Origin: Channa argus
Lineage: Eukaryota
Assembly (NCBI RefSeq): GCF_033026475.1
Contig: NC_090211.1
Coordinates: forward strand, 3,849,726-3,913,725
Direction: 5' to 3'
DNA: 64,000 nucleotides
Each line of letters opens with the position of its first letter. Position 1 is the first letter of the stretch. Both the position numbers and the translations under genes were made by a program. The notes beneath the pieces are model-generated. The model was not told where the DNA came from and did no database searches. It saw nothing but the letters and a program-made list of their open reading frames with translations. Shown here piece after piece: positions 51,829-64,000 of the stretch.

Positions 51829-53618
51829 GTGAGTGATGAAGTCAGCACTATAAAAAGACATTTCTCAAAGTGAAGGAGTTCTTGCTCTGTGTCCAGCCAT
51901 TACTCTGCTCCCTCTAGATCTATAAAACAGTTTCCATGCTACAGATACTCCTGCTGCTGCTGTGGACCTGGAAAAGACTTGTTTGATTGGGCCGCTGTTC
52001 GGTCACATCTCTGTTGCTCTGTTCAGCTGAGTCAACAGATTCAGTCAAGTGGTAGTAGTGTCTGGTGTCAAAACATCATATTAAAAGTAGTTTTTAACAA
52101 CTCTGTTAGAACTGAGAGCCTTACTCCCCGTACTCGGTTCACTCTCTGTTACCTACGCTGACTCATTAAATTTCTCCCTTGGAGCTCATGAGCCTTAGAG
52201 GAAAAATATATGAAGACAATTTAGTCTCTCCACATTAATATTTCTCTTTGTTAAAGCTTTTCATTATCCTCCATGTAACATCTTGCTCCTGTTTCCTCTT
52301 AAGCATCTCCCTCCCGAGTCAGTGGTGTTTTACCTGTGTTGACTGCCTCATCACTATAACTCTTTCACTTATCCACTTTATATAACGGTACAAATTTTAA
52401 TCAGACAAGACTTTTAAAATCTTGGATAGCCCACCAGTAACCAGTCAACGTTTGGTGGTTTAAATACTTAAATTATTTGATTCATAGCAGTGTATTGGCA
52501 TTCATCAGGAGTATTTAAGTTAAAAGGTGTTAACAAAAGTTGGTGGGAAGCTACGTAGCCATAGAATACAATATGCAACATTCAGATTGATTAAAACAAC
52601 AAAGCACAACTGCAGCATATTAAACTGAGGATAATGAAACAAAGTTTGCATTGCTGGGTGGCTGCATCATAATTTAGATTTATTGTTTATTGCTAAACCT
52701 AAGTTGCTAAATGCAATTATCGCATTGTGTTAATTTTCAAACTAATAAATCAACAAGTCACTTTAATGCCAAAGTTAATACAGATCTTCTTTGTTACTAT
52801 AGAAACAGACAGCGTCTCAGTGTTAAGAGTGCAGCTCAGTGCACATCACTGCATGATTTAATGGCCTCCTGCTAATGCAACTGTCTGAGCCTTTTCAGCT
52901 TTAAGACAACGTTGTCGTAACAAAAGCTCAAAGTGAGTAGACGACCTAGGAGTCTGAGATAGCAGTAAATAGAAGACTGTAGACCACTATATCAGTCCTT
53001 AGACACTGTCAAGTGTCGGTCTCCTTTGTTGACCCTTCGGAGGGCAGAGGGGGAAACTGGGAAGGTCAAAGGTTGGGAAGCAGAGGGCTAGACAATAGCT
53101 AATGATTAGATAGGAGTGTTTACAAAGAGCCTGAATGACTTAATACAGGGGTGACAGTCGAGACAGAATTATTGTACCTTATCTGCTCATGGTTTTCCAT
53201 ATTAATCATCAAGTTGTTTGGTCTATATAATGTCAGATAAGGGCAAATAGAGTGAGTCACATTTTCCAAGAGCATAAAAACATCTTCTTTTGTCCAACCA
53301 ACAGTGAAAAACCCAAAGAATATTTACATTTTATATAAAACACAAAAATCTTACAACTATCTTCAAATTTAGAAGCAGGAAAAAGCAAGAATTCACATTT
53401 GCTTGGAAAATGACACAACGTATAATTTATTATTCAAATTGCTTCAGGTGTAAGATGGTTATTTGGCTACAGGGAACCGCAGTGACAAGACATTTTATGT
53501 TTTAAAGAGAACAGTGTTTCAGTGGTGAAGTCTGACTCAAACTGTGTGATATGTTTGGAACAACATTAGCATGTCTGAAATGTAATTGGTGCTTTTCCTC
53601 CCACTATGTCTCAGATTG

Positions 53619-53621
<3 letters not shown>

Positions 53622-53706
<85 letters not shown>
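53622..53706. repeat. (GT)n microsatellite, about 42 units
   Basis: Direct reading. It generates the spurious poly-Cys-Val ORFs at 53551..54024 and 53606..53968. Confidence 0.95.
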
Positions 53707-53708
<2 letters not shown>

Positions 53709-56700
53709 TGGACCTAATGGCCTCCACAGGGACAGTAGCTTTCAGGCAGGAAAAGGGTTTTCATTATTCATTAGTGCCACTGGTGGCTCACTGGTTGATA
53801 GAGCTCAGAAAAAGCTCCACCCCCACTGCAATAATCATGCTGATGCATCTAAGCACAACATCCCTAACGCACAACTTCCCACAGTCCTTCAGTGCCCACG
53901 TGGCAGGCCAGGAGTTCGGTTTGTTGATGTCAGTTCATATTTATACACAGTCAGTCAGCAAACAGTGACTCTGTTCTCACAGGAGGATTTTATTCTTTTC
54001 TTTGGTTCTTCTGTTCTGCACTAAGACCAGAGGTGTCTGTGACTCAGGTAAAATATTAGAGAAGCTTTTAGTCTGTGTTGGGATTGAGAGCCGCATTTAA
54101 ATTAAAAAGTTTATATTATAAAGATGTTTGACAGTTTTTTAAGCCTCCACATAAGCAACAGCCATGCATAGAATCATTGTTTCAGGTTGTCCTATCATAT
54201 GTCCACCTGCCTGCCCCCTTTATATTAACATGATCAGATCATCGCTTTGGAGAAATGTCTGCATTTGGACATGACAACAGATAGGATGAACTGTTGAGAT
54301 TTTGGTGGTCAAGGTCACATCCATTCTATTCTTGTAAATACAATATTCAGAGGGCACTTGGTAGGAAATCTCTTCCAATTTGGGCCAAAAGGTCCACTTG
54401 GACTTGGATTCACTGATTATCTTGGTCAGATGTATTAAGTCATCTGCTGGACGGTAATATCTTAGATTAGGAGTGTGACAAAGTAAAGTATTACATTTCA
54501 GCTTCTGATTGACTGAAAACACCTGATAAGGCAGGTAATCACTCGTGGGCAGGAAAGGGATAGTGGGAAAACAAGCAGGGCAGCAGTCCTTGAGGATCAG
54601 GGTTTAAAACTTCAGCTTTAAAAACACATCTTGTGTTGGGATACAGAAGTAAAAAAAAAAAATTACATTGCGTCACTGCCTAAATATATTCAGTGAAAAT
54701 TCTAAATTTTTATGCAGGTTCAAGATTTTATATAATTGTAAGACAGGATGGTTTCAACATTGTCTTTTTGCATCTGTCATCTGCTACTTGTTCTTCACTT
54801 TGTATTTTTTAATGGAGATTGACATCAGAATTAGGTAAAACTTTGTTTTTTATGCTGTCATTAGAATAACAAATTTGTGCAGTAAACTTGTGCAGCTTTC
54901 TGATCTCTCTGAACGTTCTTCTTCTTGTTGATTTATTCATCAGATCATTAAACTCACTGGAGGATGCGGTGCCTTTTGTTGAGCAGCTTGTTGACAGACA
55001 GAAAAACACTCTGAATAAGTGAACAAAGAAAACGGTAACATTCAGAATAGATTCACAGAAGAAGAAGAAGAACAGAGCCGGAGGTTATGTTTAATGAAAC
55101 AGAAAGGCATCCAGCTCTCTTTGCCAACATTCAGTCTGAACAATAGCTGACATACTTTCCTCCTGGCTCAGATACTTTTACATTTCGCCAAGTTTTCATC
55201 ACCAATCCTCCACTGCAGATTAATGAAACTCTCATTGATGATATTTGGGCCCACCTCTCCAGGTGTTTCTACAGACCCACAGTCTGTTGATACTAATGTT
55301 GTGATTGGAAGATTGGAAGTTTATTTTGTGTAAAGACAAAGTGGCACGTTGACAGGTAGGATGGTGTTTGGACATGTAGACGGACAGACAAACCTGAGGG
55401 AGACATGTAGATAAAATGAGTCGTGACCTTGCACACAAATCAGTGTTTCTAAGGCTGTGTTAGTGTTTGTGCAGGTTGGCCATTCATCACTGTGAATATT
55501 TGTCTTTATTGACATGCATGCTGGTGCGTGTGTGCCTATTCATCTCTGTGAAACACACACTGGGAATAAAGGAGCCTTCTTTTCTGTGTCCCTGTGAGCC
55601 GGTGAGTATTTGAGTCTGTGGTGATGTCTCCGGCGGCCTTATGGCTGAGTGTTTGGTTGTGTTTCTATGGTGAGCAGAGCTGGAATGGTAAATTGTAGTG
55701 ATGGTGTGAGCTCAGGCCTTTAGTCCGGGATGAGCCGCCTAAGGAGGGAGGAAAAACGTTTTCCGTTTCCCAACAGAATCCACAGCCTAATCCAGCCACA
55801 GCAAATTTATATGGTTTTCAAAAAAAAAAAAACCTCTAAAAAAAATAAAAATCACTAAATTGAATCAAATCACAGTTTACACTGAGTTTAAAGGTTTTAG
55901 AAAGAAGTAAAAGAGCAATAACTATTACTAAAACTCTTAAGACCATCTTGACACAGAACGCATGGCATAGGCAGGACATTAAGGCCCTTTATTTATAACT
56001 AGGGCTGTATTCTCTGTGGTATATTGTAAAAACTTTGCACCAAGATACAAATTAGTTTTATCTTTATATTAACAGTTTGCATGGACCCGATGTAATGTGG
56101 ACATCTCACATGAGCCTACAAACAAGTTGTTTGGAAATATTTCAGCAACAAATAAGATTTGAATCAAACATTTGTGATTTGTCAATAGTCTCAGAAACCC
56201 AAATCAGCAAAGGGTGAAAACGTCAACTGGATATTTTTTTTACTGGCTCAAACACAAGAACCAGATTATTAGGAAATCATGGCCTTGAGGAGGCACAATA
56301 ATCATCCCAACTAAACAAATGAATTTCTTTCTTGTAAACTTCACAATATAATCAGAAGATGTGAGAACCCTCACATAGATTATTTTTGAGATCACAGCAA
56401 AAAAAAAAAATGGCAGCAATGACATACAAAGTAAATGGTTGATGAGGTTTTTCCCCAACACATTCTGCTATTGTTGTGGTATTTCAGAGCTGCTGAGATC
56501 ATTTGAATTTTACATGGTGAAAAGCCAGTATCTGAAGCCTTCAAGCCTGACAGAGAGGCAGTGACAACTCCAGTTCTCAATCTGCATCTATAAAGGAGAC
56601 ATTGAGGTACAATAATGAATGTAGGTCACCTGCATTTTAGATGTGCTGTGAGCCAAAACACAGTCACTGCAGTTATGATTCGTTAACGTTAGATTGTATC

Positions 56701-57681
56701 TATTATATTAGTAATGTGTTACATATGACAGATGAAAAATGCAGCTGAAACACAATATGTATACATAATATTTTAAGAAAAAAATATCTTAAAAAGATCT
56801 TTAAAAAGATCATAATCCTAACAGATTTTAATACTTAAAATTAGTTAGTAAAAATTTGTAAAAAAACATAAGTTGTGAGTTCCTCCAAAATGTCAAATTA
56901 TTATTAAAGGATTAAGATAATTCAATGTAATGAAACCAATCACAATATATTTTAATGCAATGGAATTTATTGTATGACACTTGAAATTACATGATAAGTA
57001 GCTAGGATCATACCAAAGAAAAGATGTGATCCACATCTGCTTCTGTGTGGAGAGATCTGTGTGGTCTTTACTTATTTTTCCTGTAAAATGTTTCCCCTCT
57101 GTCAGCCTGCCTCAACCTGCTCCTGAAAAAAACTCCCTGTAGTTTTTAATTTTACTAAAAAAACATTGTCTAATAAAAGATTAGAAAAACACATGAGTTA
57201 AGGATATGAATATACGGTAAATCCCTTATTCTTCAGCCTGTTGAATGCCCACATTAACACATGGGAATATTCATGTTTACTGAACTGATTTCCATTGAAC
57301 TGAAATGCTTTTATGTAAAGTAAAGATCAGTGTTCACCATGTTAAATATGATATATCATCCTTAAGACCACAAAAAGTTTTAAGAAGTATTTGTGTGCTT
57401 GATATATATATCAAAAAAATTTATTTAAATGCAGTGTTGGTTAGTTGGGAGTGCAATGTCCACAAATTTTAATTTGTTTGTTTTTAATTACTAGTAATTT
57501 ATTTCTTCATTTAAAGTTAGGTTTGTTACACTTGACCTCAGGAATTTTAGCCTTAAATGAGTTTTAGAATAATAGTGAATCTTATTGAGTGTGTAAATTA
57601 AGCTCTATTTGTCCAGGAAGTCGTATTGAGATTGGCTGTATTAGACAGAGTCAAGAAAACCACAGAAAGCTAACTTGATAA

Positions 57682-59150
57682 AATACAACCCCAATTCCAA
57701 ATGTGTTAACGTAAATAAAAACAGAATGCAATGATTTGCAAGTCTCATCAACCCATATTTTATTCACAAGAGAAAATAAAAAATATATCAGATGTTGGAA
57801 ATGAGACATTTTATCATTTTGTGGAAAATATTAGCTCATTTTGAATTTGATGGCTGCAACACACCTCACAAAAGTTGGAAAAGGGTGATGTTTATCATTG
57901 TGTAGCATCCCCTCTTCTTTTAACAACTGTCTGTAAACGTCTGGGAAGTGAGGAGACCAGTTGCTGGAGTTTTAGGAGAGGAATGTTGTCTCATTCTTTT
58001 CTGATGCAGGATTCCAGCTGCTCAACAGTCGTGGGCCTTTGTTCCCGGATTTTTCATTTTATGATGGCCCAAATGTATCTATTGGTGAAAGGTCTGGACT
58101 GCAAACAGGCCAGTTCAGCACCTGGACTCTTCTCCTGTGAAGCCATGCTGTTGTGATGGATGCAGTATGTGGTTTAGCATTGTCTTGTCGAAATATTCAA
58201 GACCTTCCCTGAAAGAGACATTGTCTTGATGGGAGCATATAAGTTCTTTTCAGCATTGGTGCTGCCTTTCTAAATGTGTAAGCTGCCCACACCATAGGCA
58301 CTAATGCTCCCCCACACCATCAGAGATGCAGGCTTTTGAATTGTACACTGATAACAAGCTGGATGGTCCCACTTCTCTTTAGTCCACAGGTAGTTCATGG
58401 TTTCCAAAAACTATTTCAAATTTTGATTCATCTGACTACGGAACAGTTTTGCATTTTGCCTCAGACCATTTTAAATGAGATTTCTCCTTTGCATGATAAA
58501 GCTTTAACTAACATTTGTGGATTGCATGGCAAAGCGTGTTTACATACAGTGATTTTTGGAAGTGTTCCTGAACCCATGCAGTGATGTCTAGAAGAGAATC
58601 ATGCATGTTTTTAAGATCTAGTTTTGACCTTTGGCGTTGCACACAGAGGTTCCTCCTGATTCTCTGAATCTTTTGATGATATGATGTACTGTAGATAGTG
58701 CGGGGCGGCTGTAGCTCAGCTGGTAATGCAGAAAATAAACTTATCTTCCAATCACAACATTATTAACAACATACTGCACAGCTGGGGATAGGGACAGGCT
58801 GTGGGGTGTCTTGTCTTGCCCAGGGACACTTATATATGCAGTTGTGAAGAGCGGGGCACGAACTTCCGACCTTATGGTCAGTAGGCAGCTACTCTACCAA
58901 CTGATCCACTTTGCGGCAATTACTTTTCCAATCTTTTGTTGCCCCTCTTGTGTTGATGTGTTGCTACCGTCAAATTCGGCAATGAGCTATTATTTTCCAT
59001 GAAATGGTAAAATATCTCAGTTTCAACATCTAATGTTGTTTATGTTCTCGGGTGAATAAAATATGGGTTGATGAGATTTGCAAATCATTGCATTCTGTTT
59101 TCATTTCTGTTTTACATATCCTCCCAACTTCTTTGGAATTGAGGTTGTAC
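57682..59150 (-). mobile_element. Tc1/mariner-like DNA transposon with about 170-bp terminal inverted repeats (tacaaccccaattccaaatgtgttaacg... / ...ggaattgaggttgta) and a decayed transposase remnant. A SINE fragment is nested at about 58703..58930.
   Basis: Minus-strand translation of 58030..58160 gives QDNAKPHTASITTAWLHRRRVQVLNWPVCSPDLSPIDTFGPS*, which is the DDE-region signature of Tc1 transposases (QDN.P.H.A......WL......VL.WP..SPDL.PIE..W). The two ends are inverted copies of each other and of 5445..5600. Confidence 0.75.
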
Positions 59151-61302
59151 TGAGGCTGACAGTATCAAAAACCTCTGGACAGATCTCCAGGGTGCAGCAA
59201 GCTCCTCACAAAGGAAAAGAAAAGACACATTAAGCAACTTTAGGGAATGTCATGGGGAATTTCAACAGTGGAAAGATCCAAGTCAAATATCGCTGTTGCC
59301 AGCAATCCCCAATAGGTTGTCTCCCACAACCACACTGCAATCAGAGAAAGATTTAGAGCCCTGTGATTGTTTGGGTCTCTGCAGGAATGTGACACTATCA
59401 GCAGGAATGTCATCTGTAACTCTTCTTGAACATTTGTGTAATTGCATGTTGGGGGCTAATTGTATTTCAAGCCACCAGTGCGTTCGAATTTGCAGGGATG
59501 ACACCAGGAGAGAGTGGAGGAGGTGGGAGAAGGTGACAGTCTCCACGGAGAGGTTTGCAGTTCTGTCCGTGTCTCTCTGCCCTGCCTCCCCCCTCTCCTT
59601 CTTGAATTTGAGTAGTAGTGATGAGAGGTGAGGTCAAAAAGGGCCTTATTTGCCCAGAGAGAGGAGGGGATAGGCAGATGGAAAAGACAGAATGAGTCTG
59701 AGCCTTGTTGGTGAGGAGAAAAGATCCTGTCCTGTCTTTGAGAATTATATCCTTCTGCAAAAATCTTGATACCAGCTCACCCCACATGGTGTGACTTGCA
59801 CAATGTTCTGACTCCATGAAAATAACCAGTCAGCTCATTGGCGCATATCTCCGTGCTCCCCATTCTCTGATTAGGCCCACGTAGATGTTTATTTGTATTG
59901 ACACAGCAGCCTAATCCTGCCTTAAACTGCTGTGTAGTGGATGTAAATACGATTCAAGTCATACTTTAAACCATAGCAAATATAAAACTGCGTGTTTACA
60001 AATAGCGTGCACCCCGTTAGATATTACTGCTATGTATGCACAAGATGCAATTCCATATATTCCCCGTGGGTCAGTATCAAAAGATCTTGGCAGCAGCTTC
60101 AAATTACAACTACAATAGTGGAAAGTTTTGGGACAGAAATTATTGAGCTTGTCTACAAGTACCCACATCTACATGTTGTGTTGCTGTTTTTTCTGCCGTA
60201 ATCTCCAGAATAAACTCTTTGAGTGTTGCCATTGCTTTTGTTTACATTGTGGAAAAGCAGAAGTTCATGATGAAGAATTTTTTTTTTTTTGCAGTTGTTT
60301 TTTTGTTTGTTTTTCTCTTTGCATTTATTTGTAGTTTTTTTCTCTTTTTGGCTGTGTTGCATGTGTTCTTTGCATATTATTGCTTAAAGTGATGACTTTT
60401 ACTTTAACTAGTATTAACAGTTACCTCATGCAGAGGCGCTGGTCCAAGGGCTCCTCCTCTCTAGTAGACAGGTTTAGTAACCCATTTATGGGCTTAAGGA
60501 AGAAGGCAGAGTAGGAAAGTTAAAATGCCTAGTGACTTTCTGGTGCTAAATCAAACCCAGAGGTTTACAAAAAATGTAAAATACAAGAATATGGTCACAC
60601 ATTTATTATATATAACCCAAACTAAGCTGTTATTACGTGCTGTTTTAGTACCAGTACAGTACTACCTAAGTCTTGGGTATGTTGGGTTTTTTTTGGAGGA
60701 GCTTCAACTGACTTCACCTTTGTTCTTAACTCTCTCTGACTGCCTCTCTGTGATCCTCAGTTAATGTTGACATGTCTCTACTGTATGTGGGAGTCTTAAT
60801 TAGCAGCCTTTAGGGAGTCCACTCTTCTTTTAAACTAATTATTTTGCTCCTGCAATTTCCCCACTACAGTAGCAAGACTTAAGATTCAAACCTCAGGCAG
60901 CTGTTTCTTGTGGAAGATGACTTCTGATATTGAACTCCTTGTGATGACTAGAGGATTCCTTCTTTTTCTCCTCTGTCCTGCTCTTTGAATTCTCTCTCAG
61001 TGATGCATCCATTACTGTTGGAACATCCCCCGGCACAGTCTATTACTGTGCCCACATGAATGCTATCGCTCACATTACGCAACAGGACAAAAGGAAGCAA
61101 GAGCACTAAAAACCGACCCTTAAAACCAGCTCCCTTCTCTGCCTCTATTTGTTTTTTTCTTTCTTCTCTCCCCCGTAGAGCTCTGATTTCTCTGCCTGAT
61201 TTATTTACAGACGGCCACATGTAGCCCATAGCTTTTTTTTCCCTCTCCTGTCTTTACTTTACATGTGGGGGAGGGTGGTTACATGTGAAGAGTTTGATGC
61301 AT

Positions 61303-61586
61303 TGTATATATCATCCATGAATTGTCTGTAACCGCTTATCCTGTTCTGGATACACCAGGTTGCCAAACAGACAACCATTCACTCTCACATTCACAATTAC
61401 AGGCATTTAGAGTCACCAATTAACCAAACATACATGTCAGTGCACTGCGGGGTAAAAATGGAGTACTCGGAGGAAACGCATGCAAAGAACATGCAAACTC
61501 CACCCAGAAAGGCAGCAGGTAGATTTGAACTGGTGCTCTTTTAGCTGTGAGGCAGCACCACTAACCACTCCACCACCATGCTGCCC
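61303..61586 (-). mobile_element. SINE family B copy (minus), with the typical tail ...aacaggataagcggttacagacaattcatggatga
   Basis: Reverse complement matches the 37598..37925 core (gtttgcatgttctttgcatgcgtttcctccgagtactcc). Spurious ORFs at 61437..61673 and 61480..61677 lie inside it. Confidence 0.7.
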
Positions 61587-63266
61587 TGAGGAGGCACAGA
61601 TAATAATAATAACTTGTCTACAAAACAATCTGTTTGCTTTAGGCAATTTATATTTTGTTACCTGTTTAATCATTTAGGATGTAAAGTTCTTCATAAAAGA
61701 GAGCCCGTGGCAATTGCAAAAGATTGAGCTGATAATACTGATTACCTGGATCAGGTGTGTTTAGTCAATCAGCAGTGTAGTGCTGGGATAATTAAAGACA
61801 AGCAGGGCTGTGGCCCTCAAGGACATGGATAACTTCCATTCGGTTACGGTAAAGAGCTAAGTAAATGCAATATGTCAACGATTGTTCTCAGTATAGTGAG
61901 ACCTATGTGTGTTCATGTATGAAACAAAAGGTTGAATTAGTGATGATTCTCTAGTCTGTTTGGACTTGCTGCTCGAGTGTGGACAGGAGACAGGAGGGAG
62001 AGTGAGAATATTGTGTTACAGTGTGAGTCAGACGCCGACCTGCAGATACAGGTATATTATAGTACACCTGGGAACACATCTCCACATTGGTCACACCCTT
62101 TATGGAAAACTACTTCAGAAGCATCGCTCAGACTCATTGAATTACTGCTGCTGTGTGAATATACAGACAGAAACCTGCAGAAACACTATTATGTGACTTT
62201 TCTGATTTGGGAGAAAGCAAAATGATTCTTAGTTATATACACAAAATAAGTTCAGTTTCCACACTTCTATCCCAAGACATAAGAGAAGAAAAGAGAGATC
62301 AGTTTGTCTGTTCCAGATTGAGATTAATAACCAAACTCTCTTATCTAATTGGGAAAGTTTGTGTGAGTCTTGTTAAACAACAAAGTCCTGGTTTTCCAAT
62401 CAGTCTCTAGTATGTTTGAAAGGGACTGTTTATATTTATTGTATTTATAGTCTTGTTTGAGCTCTCTAAATTAAAGCATCAGCCGACAGTGTGTGATCTG
62501 AAGTGCTGCGGTTCATTTTAGTGCTTCTGAAACTCAAACTGGATCCAGCTGGTGGTTGCTTACTGTGGTAAAAGGCTTAGGTTTAAAAAATACAGCTCTT
62601 GTCAGTCCTTTTCTCTGTGTCAGACATGTGTCTTTATAATCCTTCTCTCTCTGTCTGTCTCTTTAAAAGTCGGCACACACTGACCAACTGTACGACCAAT
62701 TCTGAATGTGATTACGTTGCGACAACTGGTTGGAGGTAGTTGGTCGCTGTTAGTGCCAGTCTGACTCAGTACTGCTGATCGTTGGCAGAGAAATCGTTAC
62801 ATGTTTTACCATGTTTAATATTTGCCACCAATGACGTCACAACCTAGGAAGACCTACAGTAACTTCAGCGTTACCGAAACGTAGCATTGTTTTATAGTTA
62901 TTTTTTATGGTTTCCCTCTATAGGCTCAATACTCTGTGATGTCCTGGCCTTTAACATCTACGGTTTAGCTGCTTTACTTCATCCTCGTTCTTTTGAAAGC
63001 AAATTGTTTAGTTTAAAGGTCTGTTCTCGCAGGATTTGAAGTATGCCGATCTCCAGAACGTCCAGACATTCTGGCGGGTCATTCAGTGGGTCGCCCACAG
63101 TCATTGTGTGTGCACTATTTCCAGACTATGAGAGACTAGATATCTGTGATAGTTGGTAGAAATAGTGTGTGAACTGTTCGGTCTTTGATAGTCTTTGCTA
63201 TTAGCTCTCTAGGTGTGTGCCCATCTTTATTCTCCCTGCTTGTGAACTTTAACCTCTCCATCTCAG

Positions 63267-63364
63267 GTTTTCAGCCCTGCACCATGCTGCTCTCACGGGG
63301 ACCACAGAGCTGCTCTCTGCACTGCTGGAGGCTCAGGCCACTGTGGATATCAAGGACAGCAATG
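63267..63364 (+). CDS. caskin2: caskin2-like coding exon 3 (first ankyrin repeat): [34 protein letters not shown]; donor aatg|gtaaga. The gene continues beyond the window.
   Basis: Acceptor tctcag|. Compare CASKIN2 [33 protein letters not shown] (recalled). The phase chain closes with the previous exon. Confidence 0.75.
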
Positions 63365-64000
63365 GTAAGATTCCTGTACATTTACATTTCGTCTTTTGGC
63401 AGATGCTTAAATGCAAAGCGACTTACAAGTGAGAAGCACACAACAGGAGCAGCTTGGTTCAATGTCTTTCCCAGGACCACTGTTCTTGTTTTCTTTTTTA
63501 ATGGAAACGAAATATTTGTAAGGTGTTTTTAAAGATATACTTGTTCATTCAGTGGGATCAGGGCTGAGAGCCACATTAGTTTGGGTCCAAACATAAGATT
63601 TGTTCACAGTAACATGTTAAGAAAATAAAAATAAAAAATAAAAAAGATAATGAATAATCTAGAATAATGAATAATCTAGAAGCAATGTTTTCAGTGAACC
63701 CCTTTTTCAGGAACACCATATTTTAGAAATGCCTTAAGGGAATTTCTTCGTTATTGACATAAACAGCCTCTTAGACTCAGGAATAAACTGAATATAGTTT
63801 GATAGTCAAAGTTTAAAACTCAAGGTCACTGTAACCTCACATCTATCACATTCTCACTTAGGCAAAACTTCAGGAAGACTGAGGGAATTTTATTACATTT
63901 GGCACAAATTGAGCTGATTAGCATTGGAGTCTGCAAACACATGCATGTAAACTGCAGTTTACACAAGGCATGCATGAACGCTTATTTTAGTTAATTTCTT

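Noticed and set aside
53551-54024. 157-aa and 120-aa ORFs with poly-Cys-Val (CVCVCV...) stretches, and the similar 8465..8677 ORF
   Set aside because: These are translations of the (GT)n and (CA)n microsatellites, not coding sequence.
59296-59817. Overlapping 111-aa (+) and 116-aa (-) ORFs
   Set aside because: No motif or homology that I can recognise, composition typical of non-coding sequence, and no splice-site support. Probably chance ORFs in a GC-richer stretch.
1-64000. Prokaryotic-style systems (operons, CRISPR arrays, defence islands, rRNA)
   Set aside because: The sequence is clearly eukaryotic: spliced genes with GT-AG introns, SINEs, a Tc1 element and microsatellites. There are no Shine-Dalgarno-led ORF clusters and no direct-repeat or spacer arrays.

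Overview
This window is vertebrate nuclear DNA, almost certainly from a teleost fish: it is AT-rich, genes are split by GT-AG introns, and it carries fish-type tRNA-derived SINEs, a Tc1-like transposon and (CA)n microsatellites. There are no prokaryotic operons, CRISPR arrays or rRNA genes. Three protein-coding loci can be reconstructed from the sequence, all on the + strand. (1) A complete 9-exon gene (957..5974) encoding a roughly 373-aa type II membrane sialyltransferase of the ST6GalNAc-I/II family. It has a signal anchor, sialylmotif L ([13 protein letters not shown]...IDSHDFVFR), motif S ([25 protein letters not shown]) and motif VS (SDHYYD). (2) A tandem paralogue 11.5 kb downstream (12426..18427) with the same 9-exon structure, whose exon 7 carries a 4-nt deletion that breaks the frame; it is either a young pseudogene or a sequencing error. 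(3) The first three coding exons of a caskin2-like gene (ATG at 25237; further exons at 51777 and 63267). Its introns are 26 kb and 11 kb, and the gene continues past the end of the window. The rest of the window is interspersed repeats, listed under features. I found no novel multi-gene system of the prokaryotic kind. The most interesting signals are the mosaic divergence and possible gene conversion between the two sialyltransferase copies, the frameshift in copy 2, and the structured, CpG-rich region upstream of caskin2.
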